From a plasmid, in sequence record NZ_CP090008.1: a stretch of 64,000 nt of DNA, one strand, 5' to 3'. Under the pieces are notes generated by a model that was not told the origin of the DNA, made no database searches, and saw nothing but the letters and a program-made list of their open reading frames with translations. Both the position numbers and the translations under genes were made by a program. Below are positions 30,119-39,562 of the stretch, in pieces (positions within the stretch are counted from its first letter, which is position 1; every line of letters starts with the position of its first letter).

Positions 30119-30200
30119 TAGGAAATATAGTTGAAGTTCTCCTGAGACCATTTCACTAACTAGCGCTGCTTTTCTAGCTGTAAGGCTTCGTTACTATCCT
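30119..30200. mobile_element. Short internal fragment of an IS3-family element.
   Basis: About 80% identical to 33190-33255 (the orfA 3-prime region of the IS3 copy at 32.6-33.8 kb). Confidence 0.4.
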
Positions 30201-30228
30201 ATAACATATAGGTAAATCTCTGATCAAG

Positions 30229-30262
30229 CTACAAAAAAGCCAGCACTTTGAGTACTGGCTTT
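30229..30262 (+). terminator. Rho-independent terminator (agccagcactttgagtactggct + TTTTT).
   Basis: Inverted repeat plus a T-run. Confidence 0.55.
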
Positions 30263-30269
30263 TTTGTAC

Positions 30270-30597
30270 AATCTCTTTTAAATTATATTATTTGATTTTA
30301 ATAGAAGTTAATTAATGTCCTAAAAAAAATCTTGTCCAATTCCACATAATTGCTACCTCTTTTATTCTCTTATTTTTTATGGTGTTATTGTATCAAAACT
30401 AAATGTTTTAACCCTTTTTTGTCGTTATCGAACAATAATTTATCAGAATCGGTAAAAATAAAACTTAGATAAGCAAAAAGTGATTAATTTAAGACCTCTT
30501 GTGATAATTGTAAAAATGATGCTGTGGTTGAAATATAATAGTCGTGTCAGTTAGGGAAACTAATAAGTGACCCGAATAGAATGAAAGGAGTAATAAG
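30270..30597 (+). promoter_or_regulatory. Promoter/leader region of the precursor-peptide array (duplicated at 33800-34134).
   Basis: About 330 bp is nearly identical to 33800-34134. A candidate -10 tataat lies at about 30535 preceded by TG. The RBS AAAGGAG lies 8 nt before the TTG start. Confidence 0.45.
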
Positions 30598-30756
30598 TTG
30601 AAAAACGAAAAAAATTTGCTCGAAGAGCTTGAAATTGACATTTTGGAGTTGGACGATGTAGAAGGTATTCCAGCAACAGCTGCATCAAGTGGTAGCGGTG
30701 GTAGTAGTACGTGTGGGTCAACCTCATGTTCATCATGTTCATCAAGTTGTGCTTAA
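30598..30756 (+). CDS. RiPP precursor peptide copy 1 (TTG start; KNEKN variant).
   Basis: (M)KNEKNLLEELEIDILELDDVEGIPATAASSGSGGSSTCGSTSCSSCSSSCA. An acidic helical leader is followed by a Ser/Thr/Cys-rich core. Confidence 0.75.
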   Translation: MKNEKNLLEELEIDILELDDVEGIPATAASSGSGGSSTCGSTSCSSCSSSCA

Positions 30757-30806
30757 GGCATAGTGCAATCATCTCGTTAAAAAAAGAAAGGAACATAAAA
30801 TAAAGA

Positions 30807-30965
30807 ATGAAAGATGAAAAAAATTTGCTCGAAGAGCTTGAAATCGACATTTTGGAGTTGGACGATGTAGAAGGTATTCCAGCAACAGCTGCATCAAGTG
30901 GTAGCGGTGGTAGTAGTACGTGTGGGTCAACCTCATGTTCATCATGTTCATCAAGTTGTGCTTAA
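30807..30965 (+). CDS. RiPP precursor peptide copy 2.
   Basis: MKDEKNLLEELEIDILELDDVEGIPATAASSGSGGSSTCGSTSCSSCSSSCA (52 aa). Confidence 0.8.
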   Translation: MKDEKNLLEELEIDILELDDVEGIPATAASSGSGGSSTCGSTSCSSCSSSCA

Positions 30966-31015
30966 GGCATAGTGCAATCATCTCGTTAAAAAAAGAAAGG
31001 AACATAAAATAAAGA

Positions 31016-31174
31016 ATGAAAGATGAAAAAAATTTGCTCGAAGAGCTTGAAATCGACATTTTGAAGTTGGACGATGTAGAAGGTATTCCAGCAACAGCTG
31101 CATCAAGTGGTAGCGGTGGTAGTAGTACGTGTGGGTCAACCTCATGTTCATCATGTTCATCAAGTTGTGCTTAA
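31016..31174 (+). CDS. RiPP precursor peptide copy 3 (leader E17K variant).
   Basis: Same as copy 2 except ttgaagttg (ILKL) for ttggagttg (ILEL). Confidence 0.8.
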   Translation: MKDEKNLLEELEIDILKLDDVEGIPATAASSGSGGSSTCGSTSCSSCSSSCA

Positions 31175-31224
31175 GGCATAGTGCAATCATCTCGTTAAAA
31201 AAAGAAAGGAACATAAAATAAAGA

Positions 31225-31383
31225 ATGAAAGATGAAAAAAATTTGCTCGAAGAGCTTGAAATCGACATTTTGGAGTTGGACGATGTAGAAGGTATTCCAG
31301 CAACAGCTGCATCAAGTGGTAGCGGTGGTAGTAGTACGTGTGGGTCAACCTCATGTTCATCATGTTCATCAAGTTGTGCTTAA
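31225..31383 (+). CDS. RiPP precursor peptide copy 4.
   Basis: Identical 209-bp unit. Confidence 0.8.
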   Translation: MKDEKNLLEELEIDILELDDVEGIPATAASSGSGGSSTCGSTSCSSCSSSCA

Positions 31384-31433
31384 GGCATAGTGCAATCATC
31401 TCGTTAAAAAAAGAAAGGAACATAAAATAAAGA

Positions 31434-31592
31434 ATGAAAGATGAAAAAAATTTGCTCGAAGAGCTTGAAATCGACATTTTGGAGTTGGACGATGTAGAAG
31501 GTATTCCAGCAACAGCTGCATCAAGTGGTAGCGGTGGTAGTAGTACGTGTGGGTCAACCTCATGTTCATCATGTTCATCAAGTTGTGCTTAA
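31434..31592 (+). CDS. RiPP precursor peptide copy 5.
   Basis: Identical 209-bp unit. Confidence 0.8.
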   Translation: MKDEKNLLEELEIDILELDDVEGIPATAASSGSGGSSTCGSTSCSSCSSSCA

Positions 31593-31642
31593 GGCATAGT
31601 GCAATCATCTCGTTAAAAAAAGAAAGGAACATAAAATAAAGA

Positions 31643-31801
31643 ATGAAAGATGAAAAAAATTTGCTCGAAGAGCTTGAAATCGACATTTTGGAGTTGGACG
31701 ATGTAGAAGGTATTCCAGCAACAGCTGCATCAAGTGGTAGCGGTGGTAGTAGTACGTGTGGGTCAACCTCATGTTCATCATGTTCATCAAGTTGTGCTTA
31801 A
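31643..31801 (+). CDS. RiPP precursor peptide copy 6.
   Basis: Identical 209-bp unit. Confidence 0.8.
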   Translation: MKDEKNLLEELEIDILELDDVEGIPATAASSGSGGSSTCGSTSCSSCSSSCA

Positions 31802-31851
31802 GGCATAGTGCAATCATCTCGTTAAAAAAAGAAAGGAACATAAAATAAAGA

Positions 31852-32010
31852 ATGAAAGATGAAAAAAATTTGCTCGAAGAGCTTGAAATCGACATTTTGG
31901 AGTTGGACGATGTAGAAGGTATTCCAGCAACAGCTGCATCAAGTGGTAGCGGTGGTAGTAGTACGTGTGGGTCAACCTCATGTTCATCATGTTCATCAAG
32001 TTGTGCTTAA
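31852..32010 (+). CDS. RiPP precursor peptide copy 7.
   Basis: Identical 209-bp unit. Confidence 0.8.
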   Translation: MKDEKNLLEELEIDILELDDVEGIPATAASSGSGGSSTCGSTSCSSCSSSCA

Positions 32011-32060
32011 GGCATAGTGCAATCATCTCGTTAAAAAAAGAAAGGAACATAAAATAAAGA

Positions 32061-32219
32061 ATGAAAGATGAAAAAAATTTGCTCGAAGAGCTTGAAATCG
32101 ACATTTTGGAGTTGGACGATGTAGAAGGTATTCCAGCAACAGCTGCATCAAGTGGTAGCGGTGGTAGTAGTACGTGTGGGTCAACCTCATGTTCATCATG
32201 TTCATCAAGTTGTGCTTAA
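32061..32219 (+). CDS. RiPP precursor peptide copy 8.
   Basis: Identical 209-bp unit. Confidence 0.8.
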   Translation: MKDEKNLLEELEIDILELDDVEGIPATAASSGSGGSSTCGSTSCSSCSSSCA

Positions 32220-32269
32220 GGCATAGTGCAATCATCTCGTTAAAAAAAGAAAGGAACATAAAATAAAGA

Positions 32270-32428
32270 ATGAAAGATGAAAAAAATTTGCTCGAAGAGC
32301 TTGAAATCGACATTTTGGAGTTGGACGATGTAGAAGGTATTCCAGCAACAGCTGCATCAAGTGGTAGCGGTGGTAGTAGTACGTGTGGGTCAACCTCATG
32401 TTCATCATGTTCATCAAGTTGTGCTTAA
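32270..32428 (+). CDS. RiPP precursor peptide copy 9.
   Basis: Identical unit. It is followed by terminator-like hairpin ggacttagt...accaagtcc + TTTT at 32498-32540. Confidence 0.8.
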   Translation: MKDEKNLLEELEIDILELDDVEGIPATAASSGSGGSSTCGSTSCSSCSSSCA

Positions 32429-32497
32429 GGCATAGTGCAATCATCTCGTTAAAAAAGAAAGGAACATAAAATAAAAAAGGAAACAAGAGAAATAAGT

Positions 32498-32540
32498 AAA
32501 GGACTTAGTTCTGTATTTTACAGGACCAAGTCCTTTTAGT
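32498..32540 (+). terminator. Terminator after the precursor array.
   Basis: Imperfect 9-bp inverted repeat with a T-run. Confidence 0.45.
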
Positions 32541-32559
32541 TTTACCTTGATTCGTTAAT

Positions 32560-33790
32560 AAGAAAAATGGTCTAGCTTGTTCCAATTTACTTATTCGACT
32601 TAAATCTCTTTTCGGAATCGTTAAACATCTCAGACTTAAAGATGCCGAATAAGGTTTCCATCATACTATTATCTATACTATTTCTCTGTAATATTTTGTT
32701 CTAGCATAACTATCACTTGTAACAAGTTCGATGACGTAGAAAGATTATAGGTAATAATTTCGCTATTAACGTTATCTAAAATTAGCGACAAATAGAGTTT
32801 TTAGCTGTTTACTGGAATGGCAAATTCTGTCACATCTGAGTAGCATTCTTTTCATTGATTTTTGATGTTTCAAATAGGTGATGATTAAGATTCTATGCTT
32901 TCTTGCGAACCTATCTTTGGTAGGAATAATACTTCCGTTTACGACGTATTCTAGCGATTAAGCCAAGAACTTTCATCAAACGTTGGATCTTTTTATGATT
33001 TATCACAAAGCCATGTTTTCCCAATTTAAGAGTCATTCGACGATAACCATAATTTCCTTTATGCTCATAATAAATTGTCTGAATTTCGTCTTTAAACTAT
33101 TTCTCTTTGTCAAGCCCCTCCAGTTGCTTCAACTGATAGTAGTAAGTTGAGCGAGGTAAACGAGCCGTTTCAAGAAGCAAATCTAGTCGAAATCCTCCTG
33201 AAGCCATTTCTCTAATTGTCTCTGCTTTTCTCGCTGTAAGGCTTCGTCCCTGTCTTCTAGCTCTTTTAACTTTTTTAGGTAAGCCACCTCGGTACGTAAG
33301 CGTTCATTCTCCTCTTGGAGTCGCTCTAGTTCTGTCATTTCTTCCCAAGATTTCTTATGTTTACGTCCCATTTTAGGTGCTCCCCCTCTTGTTTTCTCAA
33401 CAATAGTATACCCATTTTTCTTGTATTGTGCTGTCCAATTTGTCAATAGCGAAGGATTCGGTAGAGCATAATCTAAAGATACACTTTTTCGTGAACGACC
33501 TTCAAGTAGGACTTTATCAATCATTTCTTGTTTTAGTTCTGGAGAATAGTAACAATTCTTACCTTTCTTGACAATTTCTACTCCGTAACGATCAATTAAT
33601 TTCACCATGTACTTTAGACCAGAAACATCCACATCAAATTTTTTTGAAAGCTGTTTGAAGCTTTGTCCTTGTTTTCTTAGTTCATAAATCTGAACTTTAT
33701 CGTCATAACTCAATTTCATAATAAAACACCCCAAAAGTTAGATTTTTTCTGTCTAACTTTTGGGGTGCAGTTCATCAGTGTATTAGGAGT
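32560..33790 (-). mobile_element. IS3-family element remnant (orfA intact, orfB region degraded).
   Basis: orfA lies at 33183..33734. The terminal inverted-repeat hairpin caccccaaaagttaga...tctaacttttggggtg lies at 33737-33778. The orfB-homologous segment 32560-33180 has no long ORF. Confidence 0.6.
33183..33734 (-). CDS. IS3-family transposase OrfA (HTH + leucine zipper).
   Basis: [40 protein letters not shown]... has an HTH and a C-terminal coiled coil, typical of IS3 OrfA. Confidence 0.7.
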   Translation of the reverse strand: MGCFIMKLSYDDKVQIYELRKQGQSFKQLSKKFDVDVSGLKYMVKLIDRYGVEIVKKGKNCYYSPELKQEMIDKVLLEGRSRKSVSLDYALPNPSLLTNWTAQYKKNGYTIVEKTRGGAPKMGRKHKKSWEEMTELERLQEENERLRTEVAYLKKLKELEDRDEALQREKQRQLEKWLQEDFD

Positions 33791-34134
33791 CATTAATTTT
33801 TAACAATTTCTTTTAAGTTATATTATTTGATTTTAATAGAAGTTGATTAATGTCCTAAAAAAAATCTTGTCCAATTCCACATAATTGCTACCTCTTTTTA
33901 TTCTCTTATTTTTTATGGTGTTATTGTATCAAAACTAAATGTTTTAACCCTTTTTTGTCGTTATCGAACAATAATTTATCAGAATCGGTAAAAATAAAAC
34001 TTAGATAAGCAAAAAGTGATTAATTTAAGACCTCTTGTGATAATTGTAAAAATGATGCTGTGGTTGAAGTATAATAATCGTGTCAGTTAGGAGAGCTAAT
34101 AAATGACCCCAGATAGAATGAAAGGAGTAATAAG

Positions 34135-34271
34135 TTGAAGATCGAAAAAATTTACAAGAAGAGTTTGAAATCGACATTTTGGAGTTAGATGATATAGAAG
34201 GAATTCCATTAACAGATGTATCAAGTGGTAATTATTACGTATGGAATAACCTTATGCTCATCAAGTTTTGA
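34135..34271 (+). pseudogene. Divergent 10th precursor-like gene, out of frame by 1 nt in an A-homopolymer.
   Basis: It follows a duplicate of the array promoter. It begins TTGAAGATCGAAAAAA and has one fewer A than the array copies. With the frame restored it reads (M)KIEKNLQEEFEIDILELDDIEGIPLTDVSSGNYYVWNNLMLIKF. The leader is conserved and the C-terminal region is different and Cys-free. Confidence 0.5.
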
Positions 34272-34377
34272 AAAAAATAGGAAGATGGACGTGCGATAGA
34301 TAAACAGAAATATATATAATGTTCTTTAATTTTGAACAATTATATTTGTTTTCATAGTCATAGAGGAATAAGAACAG

Positions 34378-35154
34378 ATGAGAAATTTAAAATATGTCAT
34401 CCAAGAGGACAGTATGCTGCTATCATATTTTGGAAAAAGATGTAGGATTGCTTTACCTAAAAAGCTATCTAAGGATGAAGTTCTACAACTAGTTATTTCA
34501 AATATAAATGAAATTTTTGGATTAAAGCAAGAGTTTTCAAAATCACTCACCATGTTTAAGATTGGGGAACAAATCTTTCGACTTCCCAAGGAAGCCGAAA
34601 CTTCCTTAAAACGCTTTTTCCCAGCTATAAGATTACTTTCTGAGGAAGAAGAGTCTTTACTGAGACAAAATTTGCAGTTTCTAGGAAATTTGAAAGGAAC
34701 GTTCTACCTTAAAACAGATGGAAAGCAAATGATTCATCAATTAGAAGAAGGAATTTCTATTTATCACGTGCTGGACCAAGCAGACACTATATTTAAAACA
34801 CCAACTATTAATCGTCTTCTAGATATTAATATTTTGAAAAATATATATTTTGAGAGTTTAATAGACTCATTTGATATCATCAATCGTCAAGGAACATGTC
34901 ACTTAGAAATTTTTACTAATGAAAAAGAAAAATATAGTTTTGATGATACCAACATGGAGGATCTTGTTTTTAAAGCAGTCAAAAAAATAATGGAGTCTAA
35001 ACTAAGTTATAGATACGTAGGCATAGGGAGAAATAGAGGCGAATGCCTTGAGGATTATTTGATGAAACATGGTGCCTCTAGTACTCCTATATTTTGTCAA
35101 GATAGTTTATCGAAATTCTTGGGTCTTGTACTTGCTAAGAAGGAGAATCTATGA
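34378..35154 (+). CDS. Hypothetical protein, first gene of the RiPP biosynthetic operon.
   Basis: 258 aa. It is translationally coupled (ATGA) to the YcaO gene. Confidence 0.4.
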   Translation: MRNLKYVIQEDSMLLSYFGKRCRIALPKKLSKDEVLQLVISNINEIFGLKQEFSKSLTMFKIGEQIFRLPKEAETSLKRFFPAIRLLSEEEESLLRQNLQFLGNLKGTFYLKTDGKQMIHQLEEGISIYHVLDQADTIFKTPTINRLLDINILKNIYFESLIDSFDIINRQGTCHLEIFTNEKEKYSFDDTNMEDLVFKAVKKIMESKLSYRYVGIGRNRGECLEDYLMKHGASSTPIFCQDSLSKFLGLVLAKKENL

Positions 35155-36881
35155 ATATTCAGCAATACGTAAAAGTAATACTGTCAAAATCTTGTGAAAC
35201 ACAGCCAATAGAGCTAGTCTACCAAGGGATGAGGTTATATTTTGGAGAACTGGATTATTTTTACTCAAACAGAGTAGAAGAAGGGATAATCATTTTCTGG
35301 GATGAAGACAAACTGATTGTAAGTCCCGTATTTCATAAGAAAGAAAAAAATTGTAGCATCTGTTTCTTAGAACATCGGAGGAAATTTAAAATAGATGATT
35401 CTATTGGAAGAGATGGCGACACGATTGAAATAGAGGATAACAATTTATTTGAAGAAAAATTTCTTTACGTAATATCTAACCTGATACAGGTCAAATCGCA
35501 GCCTCCTTTATTTGATTATTTTATAATTGAGGATTGGAAAATTTCAAAGTGTCAATTCTTTCGAATTGCTAATTGTGACACCTGTATTTCTAATAGAGAA
35601 AGTGTAGAAGAGATCTTGGCTACAGGAAATAGTCGTTGCCAGGCATCCTCTTTGAGAGAAAAGTTGGGAGATTATTCTGCTTATATTCAATTGGGTAATT
35701 CTGATACTGGGATTTTCAATAGAGAGTTAACAACTCTACTAGATAATGGTGTAACGGTTGAACTACAATACTCACTTTCTAATAATGAGATTATTTCGGG
35801 AATTGGTATTGATAAAAGCTATAAAAGAGCAAAAGCTAAGGCATTTCTAGAAGCGATGGAACGTTATAGTGGCATTACCTCCAAGGGGCAGAAACGATAT
35901 TGGTTCTCCATAGAAGACTTGAGAGGGAAGTCAATCGATTTCCTAAATCCTAACGATTATTTTCTTGAACTTGAGAAAGAAGAGGTGGCTAGTACGAATA
36001 AATTTTTCTGGTTGCCAGCTTACAATTACCAAAGTAATGACTATGCTTTAATACCTGAAGATTTTATCATTTATAAAACAGAGAGAACTCCTGAAAGTAA
36101 AAAATTAATGAATATGAGTTCAAATGGACATGCAATTGGAAATAGCTATAAAGAAGCGGTTATTTTTTCACTTTTTGAAATGTACGAACGAGATCATTTT
36201 CTTGTTCATTGGTACGAGAAACAGCCACCTCAAGAAATAAATCAAGATAGCATTCTAGATGAAGATATTCACCATTATTTAAGTATGATTAAAAACTTAG
36301 GGTATGAGGTCTCGATTTATCAAATGCTTTCTAGCAAGGTGATAAGCATTTATTGGACCATCGCTAGAGGAAAAAATGGTAGCAAGTTTGCGACTTATTC
36401 AACAGCAGGTGCTCATCTTTTTGGAAAGACGGCAATTATTTCTGCATTAAAAGAGCTATATTTTGCACTTTATATTTATGATGAAGACGTCGAACATATT
36501 AAAGAAAATGGGCGACAAATGCAAGCTCAAGATGTTAAAACTGTGGCAGATCATGCAATTTATTATTCAATTGAGGATAGAAGTATACAGTTTAATTTTT
36601 TGAAAGGTGTAGAGGTTATCGATTTTGAAATAAAAGATGACTACTCTATCGAGTTAGATTCCTACTATTCAGATCTATTGGAGTTTACGAATAAGCTATT
36701 TGGGAATTTTTATATCGTAGATAATACCCCAAAAGGTTTGAAGGAAATTGGGTTATGCGAGGTGAAAGTGTTTGTTCCTGGTATGCAAGATATGAATTTT
36801 GGTTATGCAAATCAGTACATCAATCACCAGCGGATTCATCTGGACGGTAATCAGGAAGTACCAATTCACCCCTTCCCATAA
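35151..36881 (+). CDS. YcaO-domain cyclodehydratase (azoline-forming) with N-terminal Cys-rich/E1-like or RRE-type extension.
   Basis: YcaO signature MSSNGHAIGNSYKEAVIFSLFEMYERDH and the C-terminal proline-rich end ...VPIHPFP. Confidence 0.75.
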   Translation: MNIQQYVKVILSKSCETQPIELVYQGMRLYFGELDYFYSNRVEEGIIIFWDEDKLIVSPVFHKKEKNCSICFLEHRRKFKIDDSIGRDGDTIEIEDNNLFEEKFLYVISNLIQVKSQPPLFDYFIIEDWKISKCQFFRIANCDTCISNRESVEEILATGNSRCQASSLREKLGDYSAYIQLGNSDTGIFNRELTTLLDNGVTVELQYSLSNNEIISGIGIDKSYKRAKAKAFLEAMERYSGITSKGQKRYWFSIEDLRGKSIDFLNPNDYFLELEKEEVASTNKFFWLPAYNYQSNDYALIPEDFIIYKTERTPESKKLMNMSSNGHAIGNSYKEAVIFSLFEMYERDHFLVHWYEKQPPQEINQDSILDEDIHHYLSMIKNLGYEVSIYQMLSSKVISIYWTIARGKNGSKFATYSTAGAHLFGKTAIISALKELYFALYIYDEDVEHIKENGRQMQAQDVKTVADHAIYYSIEDRSIQFNFLKGVEVIDFEIKDDYSIELDSYYSDLLEFTNKLFGNFYIVDNTPKGLKEIGLCEVKVFVPGMQDMNFGYANQYINHQRIHLDGNQEVPIHPFP

Positions 36882-36906
36882 TCTTATAATTAAAAGAGGA
36901 TAAAAA

Positions 36907-37749
36907 ATGAATTTAATTGAAATTAACAATTTAAGAAAAAACTATGGCGTAAAAGAAGTCTTGAAAGGTTTGGATTTGTCCCTAAAGAATGGTCAAGTTT
37001 ATACATTGCTTGGAAAAAACGGTGCAGGGAAAACAACATTTATCAATATTTTACTTAGACTAATCAAGGAAGATTCTGGTAGCGTAGTCTCAAACGTTAG
37101 CGTAAAAAAAGAAGTTGGTGTAGTCTTTCAGGAAGACTATTTTCCAAAAGAGACAACAGTTTCGGATTTGATAAAGCTACAAGCTTCATTTTTCCATAAG
37201 AAGGTTAATGTTGATGAAGAATTAAAAATAATGGGATTAGAGAAAGAGAAGTTTCAAAAGGTAGGAACACTTTCGGGAGGACAAAAACGGAAACTTTCGT
37301 TCCTATTAGCGACCTTACATGATCCTAAACTTTTGATTTTGGATGAACCTACTGCTGGTATGGATTATGATAGTGTAGAAAAGTTTGTTCAACAGATTAA
37401 AAAATTAAAGGCAAAGGGAAAAACAATTCTCTTAATTACACACGATTTGTACCAAATTGAATCTTTTGCAGATTATATTCTGTTGCTAAATGAAGGTGTA
37501 TTCGAAGAGAAAATCTCAGTAAATGATATGTTTATGGAATCGTTGTATGAATTTCCCAAAGAGATGGTTATGAGTGGAGCTGCGAAGGAGCAATTGTTTT
37601 ATAAGAATGATCAAACTTATGTTTTCAGTAGTCCATACGCACAAAAAATAATTGAACAAAATGGTATTAGGAATCCAGAAAACTTTAAGCGTCATAAACA
37701 AGTAGTAGATATTTTCAAACGTATTTCATTTGTAGAAGGAGATAAATAA
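36907..37749 (+). CDS. ABC transporter ATP-binding protein.
   Basis: Walker A LLGKNGAGKTT. Signature LSGGQKRKLSF. Walker B LLILDEPTAGMD. Confidence 0.85.
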   Translation: MNLIEINNLRKNYGVKEVLKGLDLSLKNGQVYTLLGKNGAGKTTFINILLRLIKEDSGSVVSNVSVKKEVGVVFQEDYFPKETTVSDLIKLQASFFHKKVNVDEELKIMGLEKEKFQKVGTLSGGQKRKLSFLLATLHDPKLLILDEPTAGMDYDSVEKFVQQIKKLKAKGKTILLITHDLYQIESFADYILLLNEGVFEEKISVNDMFMESLYEFPKEMVMSGAAKEQLFYKNDQTYVFSSPYAQKIIEQNGIRNPENFKRHKQVVDIFKRISFVEGDK

Positions 37750-38468
37750 TGATTTCAATTGTTCAGCAGATAAAAAATAGTTTACAAAATAAGCGATTTA
37801 TCATTTTTACGATTTTATTCCCAGTGGTATTTTACGTTTTCTTTATAAAGCAACTTAAGTTTGTAAACACAGATGATAGTGGAATGATTGCATTGTTTTC
37901 TGCTATGTTTGGAATCGCAGGAAGTGGCTTGAACACCTTTAGTCAAAAAGTATCGAAAGACAAAGACTACTTCCGTATTATGGATAAAATCTCGCCCTAT
38001 TCTTATGCACATTATATGTTTGATAGTGTATTAGCACAAACGATCTTGAATATTTTAATTTTGTTCTCAGTTACTTTAGCTGGTGTATTGATTGGTAAAT
38101 TAAATGTAACAGGGTCTTACTTGTCAATTTCTAGTCTCCTGCTATACTTTGGCTTTTATTATATTGTTATTGGCTTCCTATTAGGAACAGTATTTAATGA
38201 TGAAACACTTGCTTCTGCCTCAATGCCAATCTTTTTCCTATTCATGATGCTTAATATTACTCCAAATATCATGACAACATTAAAAATGCCAGATATCATT
38301 GTAACGATTCAGAAATTTTTCCCGGGCTATTATTATAATGAAGTTTTATTGCATCAGACTCCAGAAAAGTTCTTACAAGCATGCTTGGTCATTACAATTT
38401 ATGTTTTTATCGCAGGGACTATCACAGTAATTGTAAATAAATTGTTACAAATTAATAGGAGAGACTAA
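37749..38468 (+). CDS. ABC-2 type transporter permease.
   Basis: Six hydrophobic helices. Its start overlaps the stop of the ATPase gene. Confidence 0.6.
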   Translation: MISIVQQIKNSLQNKRFIIFTILFPVVFYVFFIKQLKFVNTDDSGMIALFSAMFGIAGSGLNTFSQKVSKDKDYFRIMDKISPYSYAHYMFDSVLAQTILNILILFSVTLAGVLIGKLNVTGSYLSISSLLLYFGFYYIVIGFLLGTVFNDETLASASMPIFFLFMMLNITPNIMTTLKMPDIIVTIQKFFPGYYYNEVLLHQTPEKFLQACLVITIYVFIAGTITVIVNKLLQINRRD

Positions 38469-39562
38469 TGGTAGAAATGACTTCAGATAGGTTGTTTTCA
38501 CACTATGAACAATTACATAGGCGACCTGAGCCAGGTTTTTCAGAAGAAAAAACTAAGTGTTATATTAAAGACTTCTTAAGTCCATATCCAGAACTAAAAA
38601 AAATTTCGGAAGGTAAGATGGGATTGATTTATCAATACGTAGGGCGAAAGGAAGAAAAACATCATTATGATTTAGCTTTTCGTGCTGAATTAGATGCTGT
38701 AGAAATGGATGAATTCTATGGAACCTACTATCATGGTTGTGGACATGATGCACATACAAGTATCCAACTGGAATTAATCACCTATGTTTGTCGTAACAAA
38801 CCAAAGCTAAATGTACTTTTCATTTTTCAAGCAAGTGAAGAAAAGTATGGTGGTGCAAAAGAAGTTTGTAAGTTTTTGAAAGACAAAAGGATTACTTTAT
38901 CGAGAATATATGCTTTACACGTTACCTCGGATTTGTATCCCAATTATGTATCAATCAATAAGGGAGACATTCTAGCTGCTGGTTTGACTTGCCATTTAAA
39001 ACTTTCATTAAAGAATAGTGGACATGTCAGTAATCATGGGGACAGTGCAGCGAGTTTATTTTCTAAATTAGTTTTACTATCAGAAAGCCTAGATGAACTG
39101 GATTGTCAGTGTAGAATTACTAACTTTTTCACCAATGGCTCTCATAATGTATCTCCTACAGAAATAAAATTTAATATTACGTTTAGAGGAAAAAGTAGTG
39201 ATATTTGCAAGCAGCAACATCAGAAATTTTTAGATCAGTTAAACCTAGAATATCAAAAGGAAGTTATTATGGATTATCCTTTATTACATAATAATACAAT
39301 GCTATATGAATGGGTTGAACAAGTATTATCTCAAAGTAAAGTAGTAAAGACTCTAAAAACTCCATTTTTGTTTTCTTGTGATGATTTTGCCTTCTATGGA
39401 AAAGAGCTAGATGTACCGACATGTTATTTCTTTATTGGTGCATATAGTCAGGGTCATCCGATTCATTCGAATGAATTTATTACACCGAAGGCTAGCTTAT
39501 TAAGAGGTTTGTATGTGATGACATTATTGATAGAAAAGGAGAATGAGCGAATTAATGGTTAA
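38468..39562 (+). CDS. M20-family amidohydrolase/peptidase.
   Basis: Metal-binding motif YHGCGHDAHTS, typical of M20D aminoacylase-like enzymes. Confidence 0.55.
   Translation: MVEMTSDRLFSHYEQLHRRPEPGFSEEKTKCYIKDFLSPYPELKKISEGKMGLIYQYVGRKEEKHHYDLAFRAELDAVEMDEFYGTYYHGCGHDAHTSIQLELITYVCRNKPKLNVLFIFQASEEKYGGAKEVCKFLKDKRITLSRIYALHVTSDLYPNYVSINKGDILAAGLTCHLKLSLKNSGHVSNHGDSAASLFSKLVLLSESLDELDCQCRITNFFTNGSHNVSPTEIKFNITFRGKSSDICKQQHQKFLDQLNLEYQKEVIMDYPLLHNNTMLYEWVEQVLSQSKVVKTLKTPFLFSCDDFAFYGKELDVPTCYFFIGAYSQGHPIHSNEFITPKASLLRGLYVMTLLIEKENERING

Larger units (their letters stand above)
30598..32428 (+). repeat. Tandem array of nine near-identical units (208/209-bp period), each containing one precursor-peptide gene.
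   Basis: Gene starts at 30598 (TTG), then 30807, 31016, 31225, 31434, 31643, 31852, 32061 and 32270 (ATG). Each unit has its own RBS AAAGGAAC. Confidence 0.9.

Noticed and set aside
30598-32428. Possible CRISPR array because of regular repeats.
   Set aside because: The 209-bp units are identical throughout, with no variable spacers. They are protein-coding, and no cas genes are nearby.
30560-32486. Nine 84-96-aa minus-strand ORFs (MSISSSSSKFF...) in the tandem array.
   Set aside because: They are antisense shadows of the plus-strand precursor genes. The plus-strand genes have RBSs and a leader-plus-Cys/Ser-rich-core architecture. The minus-strand ORFs lack RBSs and exist only because the repeat has no stop in that frame.
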